Positions 20,643 through 29,884 of a DNA stretch of 64,000 bases are shown here, in pieces; the stretch's first letter is position 1; every line of letters begins with the position of its first letter. A program made the position numbers and the translations under genes. This stretch comes from Clavibacter sp. (GTDB lineage Bacteria > Actinomycetota > Actinomycetes > Nanopelagicales > Nanopelagicaceae): NCBI GenBank assembly GCA_003569145.1, contig BGOH01000006.1, forward strand, positions 19,129-83,128, given 5' to 3'. The notes under the pieces are model-generated. The model was not told the origin of the DNA. It was given only the letters and a program-made list of their open reading frames with translations, and made no database searches.

Positions 20643-21250
20643 TGGCCGATAAAGAAGTAGTAAGTACTGAGGCAGAGAAGCCAAAGCGCGGACGCGATAA
20701 GCGCGAACGTCGCGATGATCGCCAATCTGAGAAGTCTCCCTATATCGAGCGCGTGGTATTTATCAACCGCGTAGCAAAAGTTGTCTCTGGAGGTCGTCGT
20801 TTCTCATTCACCGCACTTGTTGTTCTAGGTGATGGCAATGGAATGGTTGGCATTGGTTATGGAAAAGCAAAAGAAGTTCCACAAGCCATTGCTAAAGCTG
20901 TTGAAGAGGCGAAGAAATCATTCTTCAAAGTTCCAAGAATTCAAGGCACTATCCCGCACCCAGTTCAAGGCGAAGATGCAGCCGGCGTAGTTCTACTTCG
21001 CCCTGCAGCTCCTGGTACTGGAGTTATCGCTGGTGGTCCGGTGCGCGCAGTTCTTGAGTGCGCAGGAATTAGTGATGTTTTAACTAAGTCACTTGGATCT
21101 AATAATCCAATTAACATGGTTCATGCCACAGCAAAAGCGCTAAAGATGTTGGAAGATCCAGCAGCAATTGCTGCACGTCGCGGGCTTCCACTTGAGCGCG
21201 TTGCTCCAGCTGCAATCATCCGTGCTATGAGCGCAACGGCAGGTGCATAA
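20642..21250 (+). CDS. rpsE: 30S ribosomal protein S5
   Basis: The 202-aa ORF contains [22 protein letters not shown]. Confidence 0.97.
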   Translation: MADKEVVSTEAEKPKRGRDKRERRDDRQSEKSPYIERVVFINRVAKVVSGGRRFSFTALVVLGDGNGMVGIGYGKAKEVPQAIAKAVEEAKKSFFKVPRIQGTIPHPVQGEDAAGVVLLRPAAPGTGVIAGGPVRAVLECAGISDVLTKSLGSNNPINMVHATAKALKMLEDPAAIAARRGLPLERVAPAAIIRAMSATAGA

Positions 21251-21251
21251 A

Positions 21252-21434
21252 ATGCCACGTCTAAAAGTTACTCAAGTTCGCTCAAAAGTTGGCAATCCTC
21301 CTGATCAACGAAACACTCTTCGCTCACTGGGCCTTAAGAGAATCGGTGATGTTGTAGTTAAGGAAGATCGTCCAGAGATTCGCGGAATGGTTCATAGCGT
21401 TCGTCATTTGATTAAGGTTGAGGAGGTCGAATAA
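21252..21434 (+). CDS. rpmD: 50S ribosomal protein L30
   Basis: The sequence reads [11 protein letters not shown]... and the ATG lies three codons inside the ORF-track start. Confidence 0.93.
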   Translation: MPRLKVTQVRSKVGNPPDQRNTLRSLGLKRIGDVVVKEDRPEIRGMVHSVRHLIKVEEVE

Positions 21435-21436
21435 CT

Positions 21437-21877
21437 ATGGTGCTAAAAGCTCATCATCTCCGTCCCGCTCCTGGTGCTAAAAAAGCAAAGACCCGTAAAG
21501 GTCGAGGCGAAGGCTCCAAGGGAAAGACTGCTGGTCGTGGTGGTAAAGGAACTAGGGCTAGAAATGTAGTTCGCGCAGGTTTTGAAGGTGGAGCGATGCC
21601 TCTTGTGCAGCGCTTGCCAAAACTTCGTGGCTTTAAAAACCCTGAGACCGTTACCTATCAGGCTGTTAATGTCTCAACTATCAATGCGCTATTTCCAAAA
21701 GGTGGAGAGGTTTCCATCGATGATCTTTATAAATTAGGCGCTGCTCGTAAGGGCCGCCCAGTTAAGGTCCTAGGAAATGGCGATATCTCCGTTAAGGTAA
21801 ATGTCACAGTCCATAGCTTCTCATCATCGGCATCAGAGAAAATCTCTGCCGCCGGCGGAAGTATTAAGACGCTCTAG
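21437..21877 (+). CDS. rplO: 50S ribosomal protein L15
   Basis: The 146-aa ORF is at the syntenic position. Confidence 0.96.
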   Translation: MVLKAHHLRPAPGAKKAKTRKGRGEGSKGKTAGRGGKGTRARNVVRAGFEGGAMPLVQRLPKLRGFKNPETVTYQAVNVSTINALFPKGGEVSIDDLYKLGAARKGRPVKVLGNGDISVKVNVTVHSFSSSASEKISAAGGSIKTL

Positions 21878-21910
21878 ATAATATCTAGTTGAAAGTAAGA
21901 GGAGAAGATA

Positions 21911-23209
21911 ATGTTGCTATCAGTTTTTGCTAAGGCTTTCAAAACTCCTGATCTGCGCCGTAAAATCTTCTTCACTCTTGGAATCATGGCTCTATTTCGC
22001 TTTGGTTCTGTTATTCCAACTCCAGGTGTTTCCTATGGCGCGGTTCAGCGCTGCCTAGCAAATGTTGATACTGGCGGCCTATTTGGACTGATTAACTTAT
22101 TTAGCGGCGGGGCGCTCTTGCAGCTCTCAGTATTTGCTCTCGGCATCATGCCTTACATCACCGCTTCAATTATCGTTCAGCTATTAACTGTTGTTATTCC
22201 TCGCTTTGAAACTCTAAAGAAGGAAGGCCAATCAGGAACGGCTAAGTTAACGCAATACACCCGCTATCTAACTATCGGTCTTGCAATTATGCAGACCACA
22301 GGTTTGATTGCAGTTGCTAGAACTCCAGGTCGTCTAATTAATGGCTGTACTGAAGCGATCATCCCTGATACTTCTTGGCAGCGTATTGTCACCATGATCT
22401 TTGTAATGACTGCAGGAACATCGGTAATTATGTGGCTAGGTGAGTTAATTACAGATCGCGGCGTTGGTAATGGAATGTCAATCTTGATCTTCACCTCGAT
22501 TGCGGCTTCATTTCCTGGTCAACTCTGGTCAATAAAGCTCTCACGCGGCTGGGCAACATTCCTATTTATTATGGCGGTAGGAGTTTTGATTGTGGCGGCG
22601 GTGGTATTTGTTGAACAATCTCAGCGCAGAATTCCAGTTCAATATGCCAAGAAGCAGGTTGGAAGACGCCAATATGGTGGAACTACAACTTATATTCCGA
22701 TAAAGGTTAATCAATCAGGAGTTATCCCAGTTATCTTTGCTTCATCACTTCTCTATATTCCATCTCTGGTTGCTAACTTCACCAACTCCCAAGCGCCATG
22801 GGCGGTTTGGATTTCAACTAACTTTGTTCAAGGCGATCACCCGATTTATATCAGTCTTTATGCCTTACTAATTATCTTCTTTGCCTACTTCTATGTAGCG
22901 ATTACTTTTAATCCAGAAGAGACTGCAGAGAATATGCGTAAGTATGGCGGCTTTATTCCAGGCATTCGTGCTGGAAAGCCAACAAGTGATTACCTTGCAT
23001 ATGTATTAAATAGAATTACTGCTCCTGGTTCGCTCTATCTAGCACTTGTTGCAATTATTCCAATCATTGCACTGGTGTTATTTGGCGCATCTCAGAACTT
23101 CCCATTTGGTGGAACTGCTATTTTGATCGTGGTTGGTGTTGGTCTTGATACTGCTAAGCAGATCGAGAGCCAGCTGCAGCAACGCTCTTATGAGGGGTTC
23201 TTGCGCTAA
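21911..23209 (+). CDS. secY: Preprotein translocase subunit SecY
   Basis: The 432-aa ORF has 10 TM segments and sits at the end of the spc operon. Confidence 0.97.
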   Translation: MLLSVFAKAFKTPDLRRKIFFTLGIMALFRFGSVIPTPGVSYGAVQRCLANVDTGGLFGLINLFSGGALLQLSVFALGIMPYITASIIVQLLTVVIPRFETLKKEGQSGTAKLTQYTRYLTIGLAIMQTTGLIAVARTPGRLINGCTEAIIPDTSWQRIVTMIFVMTAGTSVIMWLGELITDRGVGNGMSILIFTSIAASFPGQLWSIKLSRGWATFLFIMAVGVLIVAAVVFVEQSQRRIPVQYAKKQVGRRQYGGTTTYIPIKVNQSGVIPVIFASSLLYIPSLVANFTNSQAPWAVWISTNFVQGDHPIYISLYALLIIFFAYFYVAITFNPEETAENMRKYGGFIPGIRAGKPTSDYLAYVLNRITAPGSLYLALVAIIPIIALVLFGASQNFPFGGTAILIVVGVGLDTAKQIESQLQQRSYEGFLR

Positions 23210-23769
23210 TGCGCTTAATCCTGGTTGGACCACCAGGTGCCGGTAAAGGAACTCAGGCAGTTCATCTTGCTGAGCATTACAAAATTCCACACATTTCAAC
23301 TGGCGATATTTTCCGTGCAAATTTACAAAATGGCACAGCTCTTGGCCTTAAAGCAAAGGCTTTTATGGATAAAGGCGAGCTAGTTCCAGATTCACTAACT
23401 AATGAGATGGTTAAAGATCGCCTGGCAAAAGATGATGCCAAAGCTGGATTCTTGCTAGATGGTTTTCCAAGAAATGTCTCTCAAGCAGAAGTATTAAATG
23501 CGATGCTTGCTGAATCTGGCGTCTTACTTGATGCCGCACTTGAACTATCCCTTGATAACGAGGAGATTGTTAAGCGCCTCTCCATTAGAGGGCGCGATGA
23601 TGACAAGGAAGAGATAATTAGAAGGCGCCTTGAGGTTTATAGCGAGCAAACCGCGCCAATTATTAGCTTTTATCGAGATGCCAATCTCTTGGTAACTATT
23701 GCAGCAACTGGTGAGATTTCAGATATCACCTCAGCTGCCATAGCAGCTCTTAGTAAGAAACTGAGTTAA
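23209..23769 (+). CDS. adk: Adenylate kinase (short-lid form)
   Basis: The 186-aa ORF has a GPPGAGKGTQ P-loop. Confidence 0.97.
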   Translation: MRLILVGPPGAGKGTQAVHLAEHYKIPHISTGDIFRANLQNGTALGLKAKAFMDKGELVPDSLTNEMVKDRLAKDDAKAGFLLDGFPRNVSQAEVLNAMLAESGVLLDAALELSLDNEEIVKRLSIRGRDDDKEEIIRRRLEVYSEQTAPIISFYRDANLLVTIAATGEISDITSAAIAALSKKLS

Positions 23770-23772
23770 GTA

Positions 23773-24585
23773 ATGGCGATCCAGATAAAGACCTTGGATC
23801 AACTAAAGAGTATGCGCCAGGCAAATCTCTTGGTGCGAAGCACTTTAGAGTTAGTAAGAGCTAATATCAAAGCAGGTATTACAACTAGCGCACTTGATGC
23901 AATTGCTGAGGCAAATATCAAACGCGGTGGGGGAAGTTCAAATTTTAAGGGCTATCACGGCTATCCAGCAGTAATTTGTGTTTCAGTAAATGATGAAATT
24001 GTTCATGGAATTCCTGGTGATCGCATGCTTATGCCTGGAGATATTGTCTCAGTTGATTGCGGAGCAATCATTGATGGCTGGCATGGCGATGCAGCATTTA
24101 CCATGATTATTGATCCAGTTGATAGTGAGCATGCCAAGATGTTGGAAGTTTGCGAAGAATCACTCTGGCATGGAATTGCTGCCGGAGTTATGGGAGCAAA
24201 GATTTCCGATATTGGCCATGCCATTGAGAAATATATTAACTCGCAAGGAAAGTATGGAATTTTGCGAGAGTATGGCGGCCATGGCATTGGAAATGCAATG
24301 CATATGGAGCCGCATATTCTCAACTTTGGTAAAGCTGGCCATGGTCCAACGATTGAGGCTGGAATGGTCTTTGCTATTGAGCCGATGATTACTCTTGGTT
24401 CTGAAAAAACTAAAGTCCTTGATGATAACTGGACTGTTGTAACACAAGATAAGTCCTATGGCGCTCACTTTGAAAACTCTTACTGCATAGCCCCAGATGG
24501 CAAGCCATTTGTCCTCTCCGTTGAAGATGGCGGGAAAGCCCAGCTTGCCCGATTCGGCATAGAAGTTTCGTCGCTTCTTTCATAA
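23773..24585 (+). CDS. map: Type I methionine aminopeptidase
   Basis: The 270-aa ORF has all five M24A metal ligands recognisable (VDCGA, HGDAAFT, GHGIG, FAIEP, HFEN). Confidence 0.96.
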   Translation: MAIQIKTLDQLKSMRQANLLVRSTLELVRANIKAGITTSALDAIAEANIKRGGGSSNFKGYHGYPAVICVSVNDEIVHGIPGDRMLMPGDIVSVDCGAIIDGWHGDAAFTMIIDPVDSEHAKMLEVCEESLWHGIAAGVMGAKISDIGHAIEKYINSQGKYGILREYGGHGIGNAMHMEPHILNFGKAGHGPTIEAGMVFAIEPMITLGSEKTKVLDDNWTVVTQDKSYGAHFENSYCIAPDGKPFVLSVEDGGKAQLARFGIEVSSLLS

Positions 24586-24594
24586 GTTATCCCT

Positions 24595-25669
24595 ATGACT
24601 AGAGCCTTAGAGCAACGCGAAAAGCGAGCCAGAATCAAGGCTTTACTTGAATCAAAAGGCCTTGATGCTCTCATTTTAAAGAAGGGAGCCAATGTTGCTT
24701 GGATTATTGGCGGCAGAGCTCATATTCCAACAACTCTTGAACTAGCTTGTCTTGATGTAATTGTTTATAAGGATCGAATCGTTGTTGTAACTAACAAGAT
24801 AGAGGCGCCAAGGCTTGAGGCAGAAGAGTTATCAGGTGATGAAGAGTTAATTGTCATTAATTGGTTTGAGGGTAGAGATCAACAGCTGCCATCAGGTGAA
24901 AAGATTGGTATTGATGGTCCTGACAATAATCGCATTAATTTATCGGCTGAGGTTGAAGAGTTAAGAAGATCTCTAAATTCTTTTGAAGTTGATCGCCTAA
25001 AGAAGATTGGTAGCGATGCGGCTAAGTCTTTAGGTGAATCAATGTTGAAAATCTCACCAAAGATGAGTGAGGTTGCAGCAGCTGGAGTGATTGCAGAAAA
25101 TCTCTGGGCACATAATTTAGAGCCAGTGGTTTTATTAGTTGCTGGTAGTGAGCGTATTGAAAGTTTTAGACATCCACTGCCAACTACCAGTCTTATCGGC
25201 TCGCTTTTTATGGGAGTTATTTGTGCTAGAAGAAAAGGTTTAATTGCTAGCGTGACGAGAATTCTTTCATTTAATTCTCTTTCTAAAGAGATAGAGCAGA
25301 GATATCAGGGACTTCTAAATGTTGAAGCAGCATTTTTTAGCGGCACAAAGGTTGGAGCTACATATGGCCAAGCTTTCAAATCTGGTGAGGTTGAATATCT
25401 AAAGCAAGGATTTGCAAGAGATGAATGGAGTAAGCATCATCAAGGTGGTCCAACTGGATATCTGCCAAGAGACTTTCCCCGCTCATGAAAAGAGCTCTCA
25501 AGTAATAGGTGTTAATAACGCCATTGCCTGGAACCCAAGTGCTGCCGGGATTAAGGTTGAAGACACCTTGATCACCACCCCTACCGGCTTTGAGATTATT
25601 ACCTCTGATCCAAGCTGGCCCAGCGTTGAAATAGCTGGCAGAGAGCGCCCAGATATCGCTCGCCCTTGA
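24595..25669 (+). pseudogene. M24 (creatinase/prolidase)-fold protein, frame broken in a C4 run (25477-25480)
   Basis: ORFs 24595-25488 and 25412-25669 join into one about 357-aa protein if one C is removed (...GYLPRDFPAHEKSSQVIG...). The canonical M24 metal ligands seem mostly substituted, judged by an eye alignment against map. Confidence 0.7.
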
Positions 25670-25701
25670 CCTAAAAGTTATAAAAAAGAGGTAAAAAAGC
25701 G

Positions 25702-25729
25702 TTGACCGAGCTCGTTTAGGGCATAAGAC
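25702..25729 (+). promoter_or_regulatory. Candidate promoter of the sugar/sulfonate island
   Basis: TTGACC (25702-25707), 16 nt and TAAGAC (24-29). The -10 element is weak. Confidence 0.35.
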
Positions 25730-25742
25730 TCAGGCAATTGAG

Positions 25743-25755
25743 GTGGTCTGACCAC
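25743..25755. promoter_or_regulatory. Perfect FadR/GntR-type palindromic operator GTGGTC-T-GACCAC
   Basis: The 6-1-6 perfect palindrome contains the TGGTnnnACCA core typical of the FadR subfamily. It lies just downstream of the putative -10 and 33 nt before the first island gene. A FadR-type regulator is encoded in the same cluster (31550-32269). Confidence 0.6.
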
Positions 25756-25787
25756 TTCAATAACGGCCGGAAGGAAGTCTTATTTAG

Positions 25788-26894
25788 ATGCTCCGCTACG
25801 GAATTATCGGCATGGGCGCCATGGGCCGTGAGCATGCCGAAAACTTATCTTTTATCGAGGGCGCATCAGTTACTGCAATCAGCGATCCAGATTCTGGTTC
25901 CAGAGAACTAGCAATTAAGCAGCTAGGAGAGTCAGTAAAAGTATTTACCGATCATAGGCAGCTTCTAGATTCCGGCTTAGTGGATGTAGTGATCATTGCA
26001 ACCCCAAACTTTACTCACGTTGATATTTTGGAAGATGCGCTTAAGACATCACTTCATGTCTTTATTGAAAAACCACTCTGCACCACAATTGAAGATTGTT
26101 TAAAAGTTATTAAGTGGTCAGAAAATAGAAGTGGCTTAGTTTGGATGGGCCTTGAATATCGTTACATGCCGCCAGTTGCTGAGTTGATCTCTATTGTCCA
26201 TAGTGGGGGAGTTGGGCAAGTTCAACAAGTCTCTATCAGAGAACATCGCGAACCTTTCTATCCAAAAGTTGGCAATTGGAATCGATTCACATCTAAAACT
26301 GGTGGAACTCTCGTTGAGAAGTGCTGCCATTACTTCAATCTCATGGATTACATCGCTAATGAGCGCCCAAATCGAGTATTTGCCTCCGGTGGGCAGAGAG
26401 TTAATTACCTCGATGAGAGCTATGACGGAGTTAAGGCAGATATGCTCGATAGCGCTTATGTGATTTTGGAATATCCAAGTGGAAAAAGAGCGATGCTAGA
26501 TCTCTGTATGTTTGCTGAAAATACCGTTGATAAAGAACATATCTCAGTAACGGGAAGTGAGGGCAAAGTTGAATCATTTCTGCCATCACTTGAGCTGCGT
26601 TATGGCAAGAGAAGCGCAGTTGGAAACTTTAAGCAGTGGAGCCATGATGCTTCAAAGCCAAAAGTTGAATCAAGAAAAGTTTGGGATGAGAGCATTAAAT
26701 ACAATGGATTTCACTATGGGGCTTCATATCTTGAACACTTAAAGTTCTTTAACGCGATTAAGAGCGGAAAAGGCCCAGATGTGAGCCTGGAGGATGGACT
26801 TAGAAGCGTTGCATCAGGTCTAGCGGCTCAGATGAGTATTGCCCAGGGGCGCCCGGTAGCAATGAGTGAAGTATTGCCAGAGGGGTGGAATTAA
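25788..26894 (+). CDS. Gfo/Idh/MocA family NAD(P)-dependent oxidoreductase
   Basis: The 368-aa ORF has an N-terminal Rossmann motif (MLRYGIIGMGAMGREHA) and the EKP motif (FIEKPL). Confidence 0.85.
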   Translation: MLRYGIIGMGAMGREHAENLSFIEGASVTAISDPDSGSRELAIKQLGESVKVFTDHRQLLDSGLVDVVIIATPNFTHVDILEDALKTSLHVFIEKPLCTTIEDCLKVIKWSENRSGLVWMGLEYRYMPPVAELISIVHSGGVGQVQQVSIREHREPFYPKVGNWNRFTSKTGGTLVEKCCHYFNLMDYIANERPNRVFASGGQRVNYLDESYDGVKADMLDSAYVILEYPSGKRAMLDLCMFAENTVDKEHISVTGSEGKVESFLPSLELRYGKRSAVGNFKQWSHDASKPKVESRKVWDESIKYNGFHYGASYLEHLKFFNAIKSGKGPDVSLEDGLRSVASGLAAQMSIAQGRPVAMSEVLPEGWN

Positions 26895-28303
26895 TGTCTA
26901 GCTGCACTCTCATTCCTCTTGCTCGTCCTACATTTGATGTCTTAGCTGCGCAGAAGTTCTTTGATTCTGCTCGTGATCTATTAGGTGAAATTGGCGCTAC
27001 TGTAAATGGCCCAACATCACTTGTAATGACTCCAGAGGACACCGCTGGCGCTGAGGCAAATCTAAAAACTGATGAGAAGTTATACATTCTATTTAATGCA
27101 TCTTTTGCTGATGCCTCTGCAGCTGTATCTCTTCTTTCTAAAGTTTCAGGTGATGTGCTTTTGTGGTCGGTTAGAGAGTTTGGCGAGATAGGAGATCGAC
27201 TTCTACTTAATTCAATGTGTGGATCAAATCTTGCAGCCCATGCACTTCGAGTAAATGGAAAGAGGATTACTCATCTTCATGGAAATCCTGATGAGGCGCA
27301 TGTTAGAGATGCTCTCTCATCTGCTCTTGCTGGAAAGATGCCAGATGTTGGTCAACCGCAGAAAGTCAGCGGTCAATTAGCAGATTTAGATAAGGTTAAA
27401 GCAGCCCTTTCTAAGTTGAGTGGTTTAACGATTGGGGCAATTGGTGATGCGCCGGCTGGTTTTACTCCCTGCACCTACGATGAAGAGGCGCTGAAGAAAT
27501 CATTTGGCTTAAATATCATTAATAAATCAATTCCTGAAATCTTTGCAGATATTGCAGCTGTGCCACTTGATAAAGAGAGCGCAGAATATAAGGATGCTTG
27601 TCAGGCTCAGCCATCTCTTAAAAATGTTCCTGAGAAAGAGGCTCGAGTTAATGCCAGCACTAGGGTTGCGCTGGATAATTGGATAAGGGCTAATGATTTA
27701 TCAGCAATTGCTATGCGCTGTTGGCCTGATTTTGCAGTTGATTTAGGAGCTTGCCCTTGCGGGGCGATGGGAAGAACGGCAACGAGTGGAACTCCAGCAG
27801 CCTGTGAGCGCGATGTCTATGGCGCAGTAACTATGCTGCTTTTAGAGGCGCTTGGCTCTGGAACAAATTACTTAGTAGATACCGTGGATTTAGAAGAAGA
27901 TGAGAACATTATTCGAATCTGGCATTGTGGTTCTGCTTCAACCACTCTTGCTGTTGATCCAGATAATGCAACGCAGTTCATACACTGCAATAGAAAGCTA
28001 GGTGTGGCCGGGAACTTCCCCTTGAAGACCGGTCCGGTTGTTCTGGTAAGGCTGGATACCGATATCGATCCAGCAAATCAGAGCAAACTCCGATTAGTAA
28101 TGACTAGTGGTGAATCACTATCTGCTCCTAATCGGTTCCAAGGTAATACCGCAACAGTTCGTACATCTGCGCCAGCACGGCAATTGATAAATGGGCTAAT
28201 CCATAATGGATTTCCTCATCACACAGTTGTAGCTTGGAAAGACATACGAGCAGAAGTCCGCAGGATGGCGGAATATTTGGCCATTCCGCTAACCGAGTGG
28301 TAA
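26894..28303 (+). CDS. L-fucose/L-arabinose isomerase-like protein (substrate unknown)
   Basis: The about 469-aa ORF is called from size and general FucI/AraA-like features, recognised by eye only. Its ATG overlaps the upstream stop (TAATG). Confidence 0.5.
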   Translation: MSSCTLIPLARPTFDVLAAQKFFDSARDLLGEIGATVNGPTSLVMTPEDTAGAEANLKTDEKLYILFNASFADASAAVSLLSKVSGDVLLWSVREFGEIGDRLLLNSMCGSNLAAHALRVNGKRITHLHGNPDEAHVRDALSSALAGKMPDVGQPQKVSGQLADLDKVKAALSKLSGLTIGAIGDAPAGFTPCTYDEEALKKSFGLNIINKSIPEIFADIAAVPLDKESAEYKDACQAQPSLKNVPEKEARVNASTRVALDNWIRANDLSAIAMRCWPDFAVDLGACPCGAMGRTATSGTPAACERDVYGAVTMLLLEALGSGTNYLVDTVDLEEDENIIRIWHCGSASTTLAVDPDNATQFIHCNRKLGVAGNFPLKTGPVVLVRLDTDIDPANQSKLRLVMTSGESLSAPNRFQGNTATVRTSAPARQLINGLIHNGFPHHTVVAWKDIRAEVRRMAEYLAIPLTEW

Positions 28304-28343
28304 TCACATGATTCACCACAGACCCTCGAATAAGGAGAAATAA

Positions 28344-29783
28344 ATGAAACAAAAGATGAATGCAAAAGCATTCAAAGCTCTGATTGCAATGGCTTTTGCA
28401 ATTAGCGCATCTGTTGTTCCACTCTCCCAGAGCTTTGCCGCTGGCGAATCTCTTGGAAAGTCATGTCCAACAGCGGGAGTTATGACTGGAACTAAGTCAA
28501 CTTCTCTTATCTGCGTTAAAGGTGAAAATGGAAAGCAAACATGGCAGCGTGTAAGGCTTGCTGCTGGTAATGGCCGTCCAGTTGCTAACTTAACGCCACC
28601 AAAAGGTGAAATTGAATTCTGGCACTATCGCCCAGAGGACAAGGTTCACTTCGAAAAAATAATTGGTAATTTCGAAGCGAAGTACCCTGGAACAAAGATC
28701 ACCCAAGTAATCAAGACCACTACTGATTACAACGCCACTGCGCGTGTTCAAATTCTTGCCAACCCAAAGGCAGCGCTATTTGCTGCTGCTAGAGGCTCTA
28801 TTTTCAATGACTTTGTAAATAGCGGTCTTCCACTTGATTTAAGCAATCAAAGATGGGTAAAGCAGAATCTAGTTGCCAAGGGCCTAACAGCAGGAACAAT
28901 TGATGGAAAAGTTCTTGGTATTCCTTATCACTATCTCTTCAACAACCCGGTCTATAACACAGATCTATGGGCTAAAGAGAAGTGGACAACTCCAACCAAT
29001 CTTTCAGGATGGGTTGCTTGGTGTAAGGATGCAAAAGCGAAGGGATATGTACCTCTAGCATGGCCAGGGGCAACTCGTGGACAAGCTGCACAGATCTCCA
29101 ACTCTGCACTCATGAACTCAGCAGGAAGCTATGATGAACTTGCTAAAAATCTTGCGGATCTAAACTCAGGCAAGATTGATCTGACTTCAACTTGGTTTAA
29201 AGGCGTAGCTGATATTTATGTCAAGCTTCGTAACGCAGGTTGCTTCCCAGATAATCCAACAGGTGTTACCGAAGCAGCTGCATATAACTTGTTTGCAACA
29301 GGAAAGTCGCCAATTCTTCCAATTGGAACATTTGCGATGGGTTCCATAAAGAATCTCAACCCTGCGCTAACTGGCAAGATGCAGTTGATGAGCATGATTC
29401 TTACCGACGGCAAAGTTGTTGCTGAGGGAATTATGAACAACACCTTCAACCTAAGCGTGAATTCAAAGTCAAGTTCTCGTGATCAAAAGATTGCGACAGC
29501 TTTCTTGTCCTATCTCGCAACTGGACCAGTGGCTCAGATTTATGCAAATGGAACCACACAGCATCTCAACGTTCTGGATATTGATTATTCATCAAACGTT
29601 GACTTGCTAAACACTTCTTCATTCCAGGCCAAGAACACCATGTTGGCACCTCGCTTCTTGATTCTGAATACCGCTGTCTCTGACTTAACTCAGGATGCAC
29701 TTATTCAGATTGTGGGAGGCAAGAGCCCAGATGATGTTCTGCCTGATTTCTCTAAGCAGATCAAGCAGAAATTGGCTGGCTGA
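28344..29783 (+). CDS. ABC transporter extracellular solute-binding protein (CUT1 sugar family) with an extra Cys-containing N-terminal segment
   Basis: The 479-aa ORF has a signal peptide ending SFA-AG, followed by about 45 aa containing two Cys, and then a family-1 SBP fold. It precedes two MalF/MalG-type permease genes. Confidence 0.85.
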   Translation: MKQKMNAKAFKALIAMAFAISASVVPLSQSFAAGESLGKSCPTAGVMTGTKSTSLICVKGENGKQTWQRVRLAAGNGRPVANLTPPKGEIEFWHYRPEDKVHFEKIIGNFEAKYPGTKITQVIKTTTDYNATARVQILANPKAALFAAARGSIFNDFVNSGLPLDLSNQRWVKQNLVAKGLTAGTIDGKVLGIPYHYLFNNPVYNTDLWAKEKWTTPTNLSGWVAWCKDAKAKGYVPLAWPGATRGQAAQISNSALMNSAGSYDELAKNLADLNSGKIDLTSTWFKGVADIYVKLRNAGCFPDNPTGVTEAAAYNLFATGKSPILPIGTFAMGSIKNLNPALTGKMQLMSMILTDGKVVAEGIMNNTFNLSVNSKSSSRDQKIATAFLSYLATGPVAQIYANGTTQHLNVLDIDYSSNVDLLNTSSFQAKNTMLAPRFLILNTAVSDLTQDALIQIVGGKSPDDVLPDFSKQIKQKLAG

Positions 29784-29806
29784 TTAGCTCGCCAACAAAA
29801 ATCGGA

Positions 29807-29833
29807 ACCGCTCCCACTTCACGTGGGAGCGGT
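29807..29833 (+). other. Intercistronic stem-loop between the SBP and permease genes
   Basis: A perfect 11-bp stem pairs ACCGCTCCCAC with GTGGGAGCGGT around a 5-nt loop, with no U-tract. It resembles the mRNA-stabilising hairpins common after ABC SBP genes. Confidence 0.6.
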
Positions 29834-29884
29834 ATTCGAGCTGCCGGCAAGAGGCGAAGAAAAGATGCTCCTATCTATTATCTG

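Noticed and set aside
28304-28343. An operator-like sequence (reverse strand GGTCTGTGGT) in front of the SBP gene.
   Set aside because: It matches only one half-site of the 25743-25755 palindrome and is not itself palindromic. It is mentioned under the operator finding but not called as a feature.
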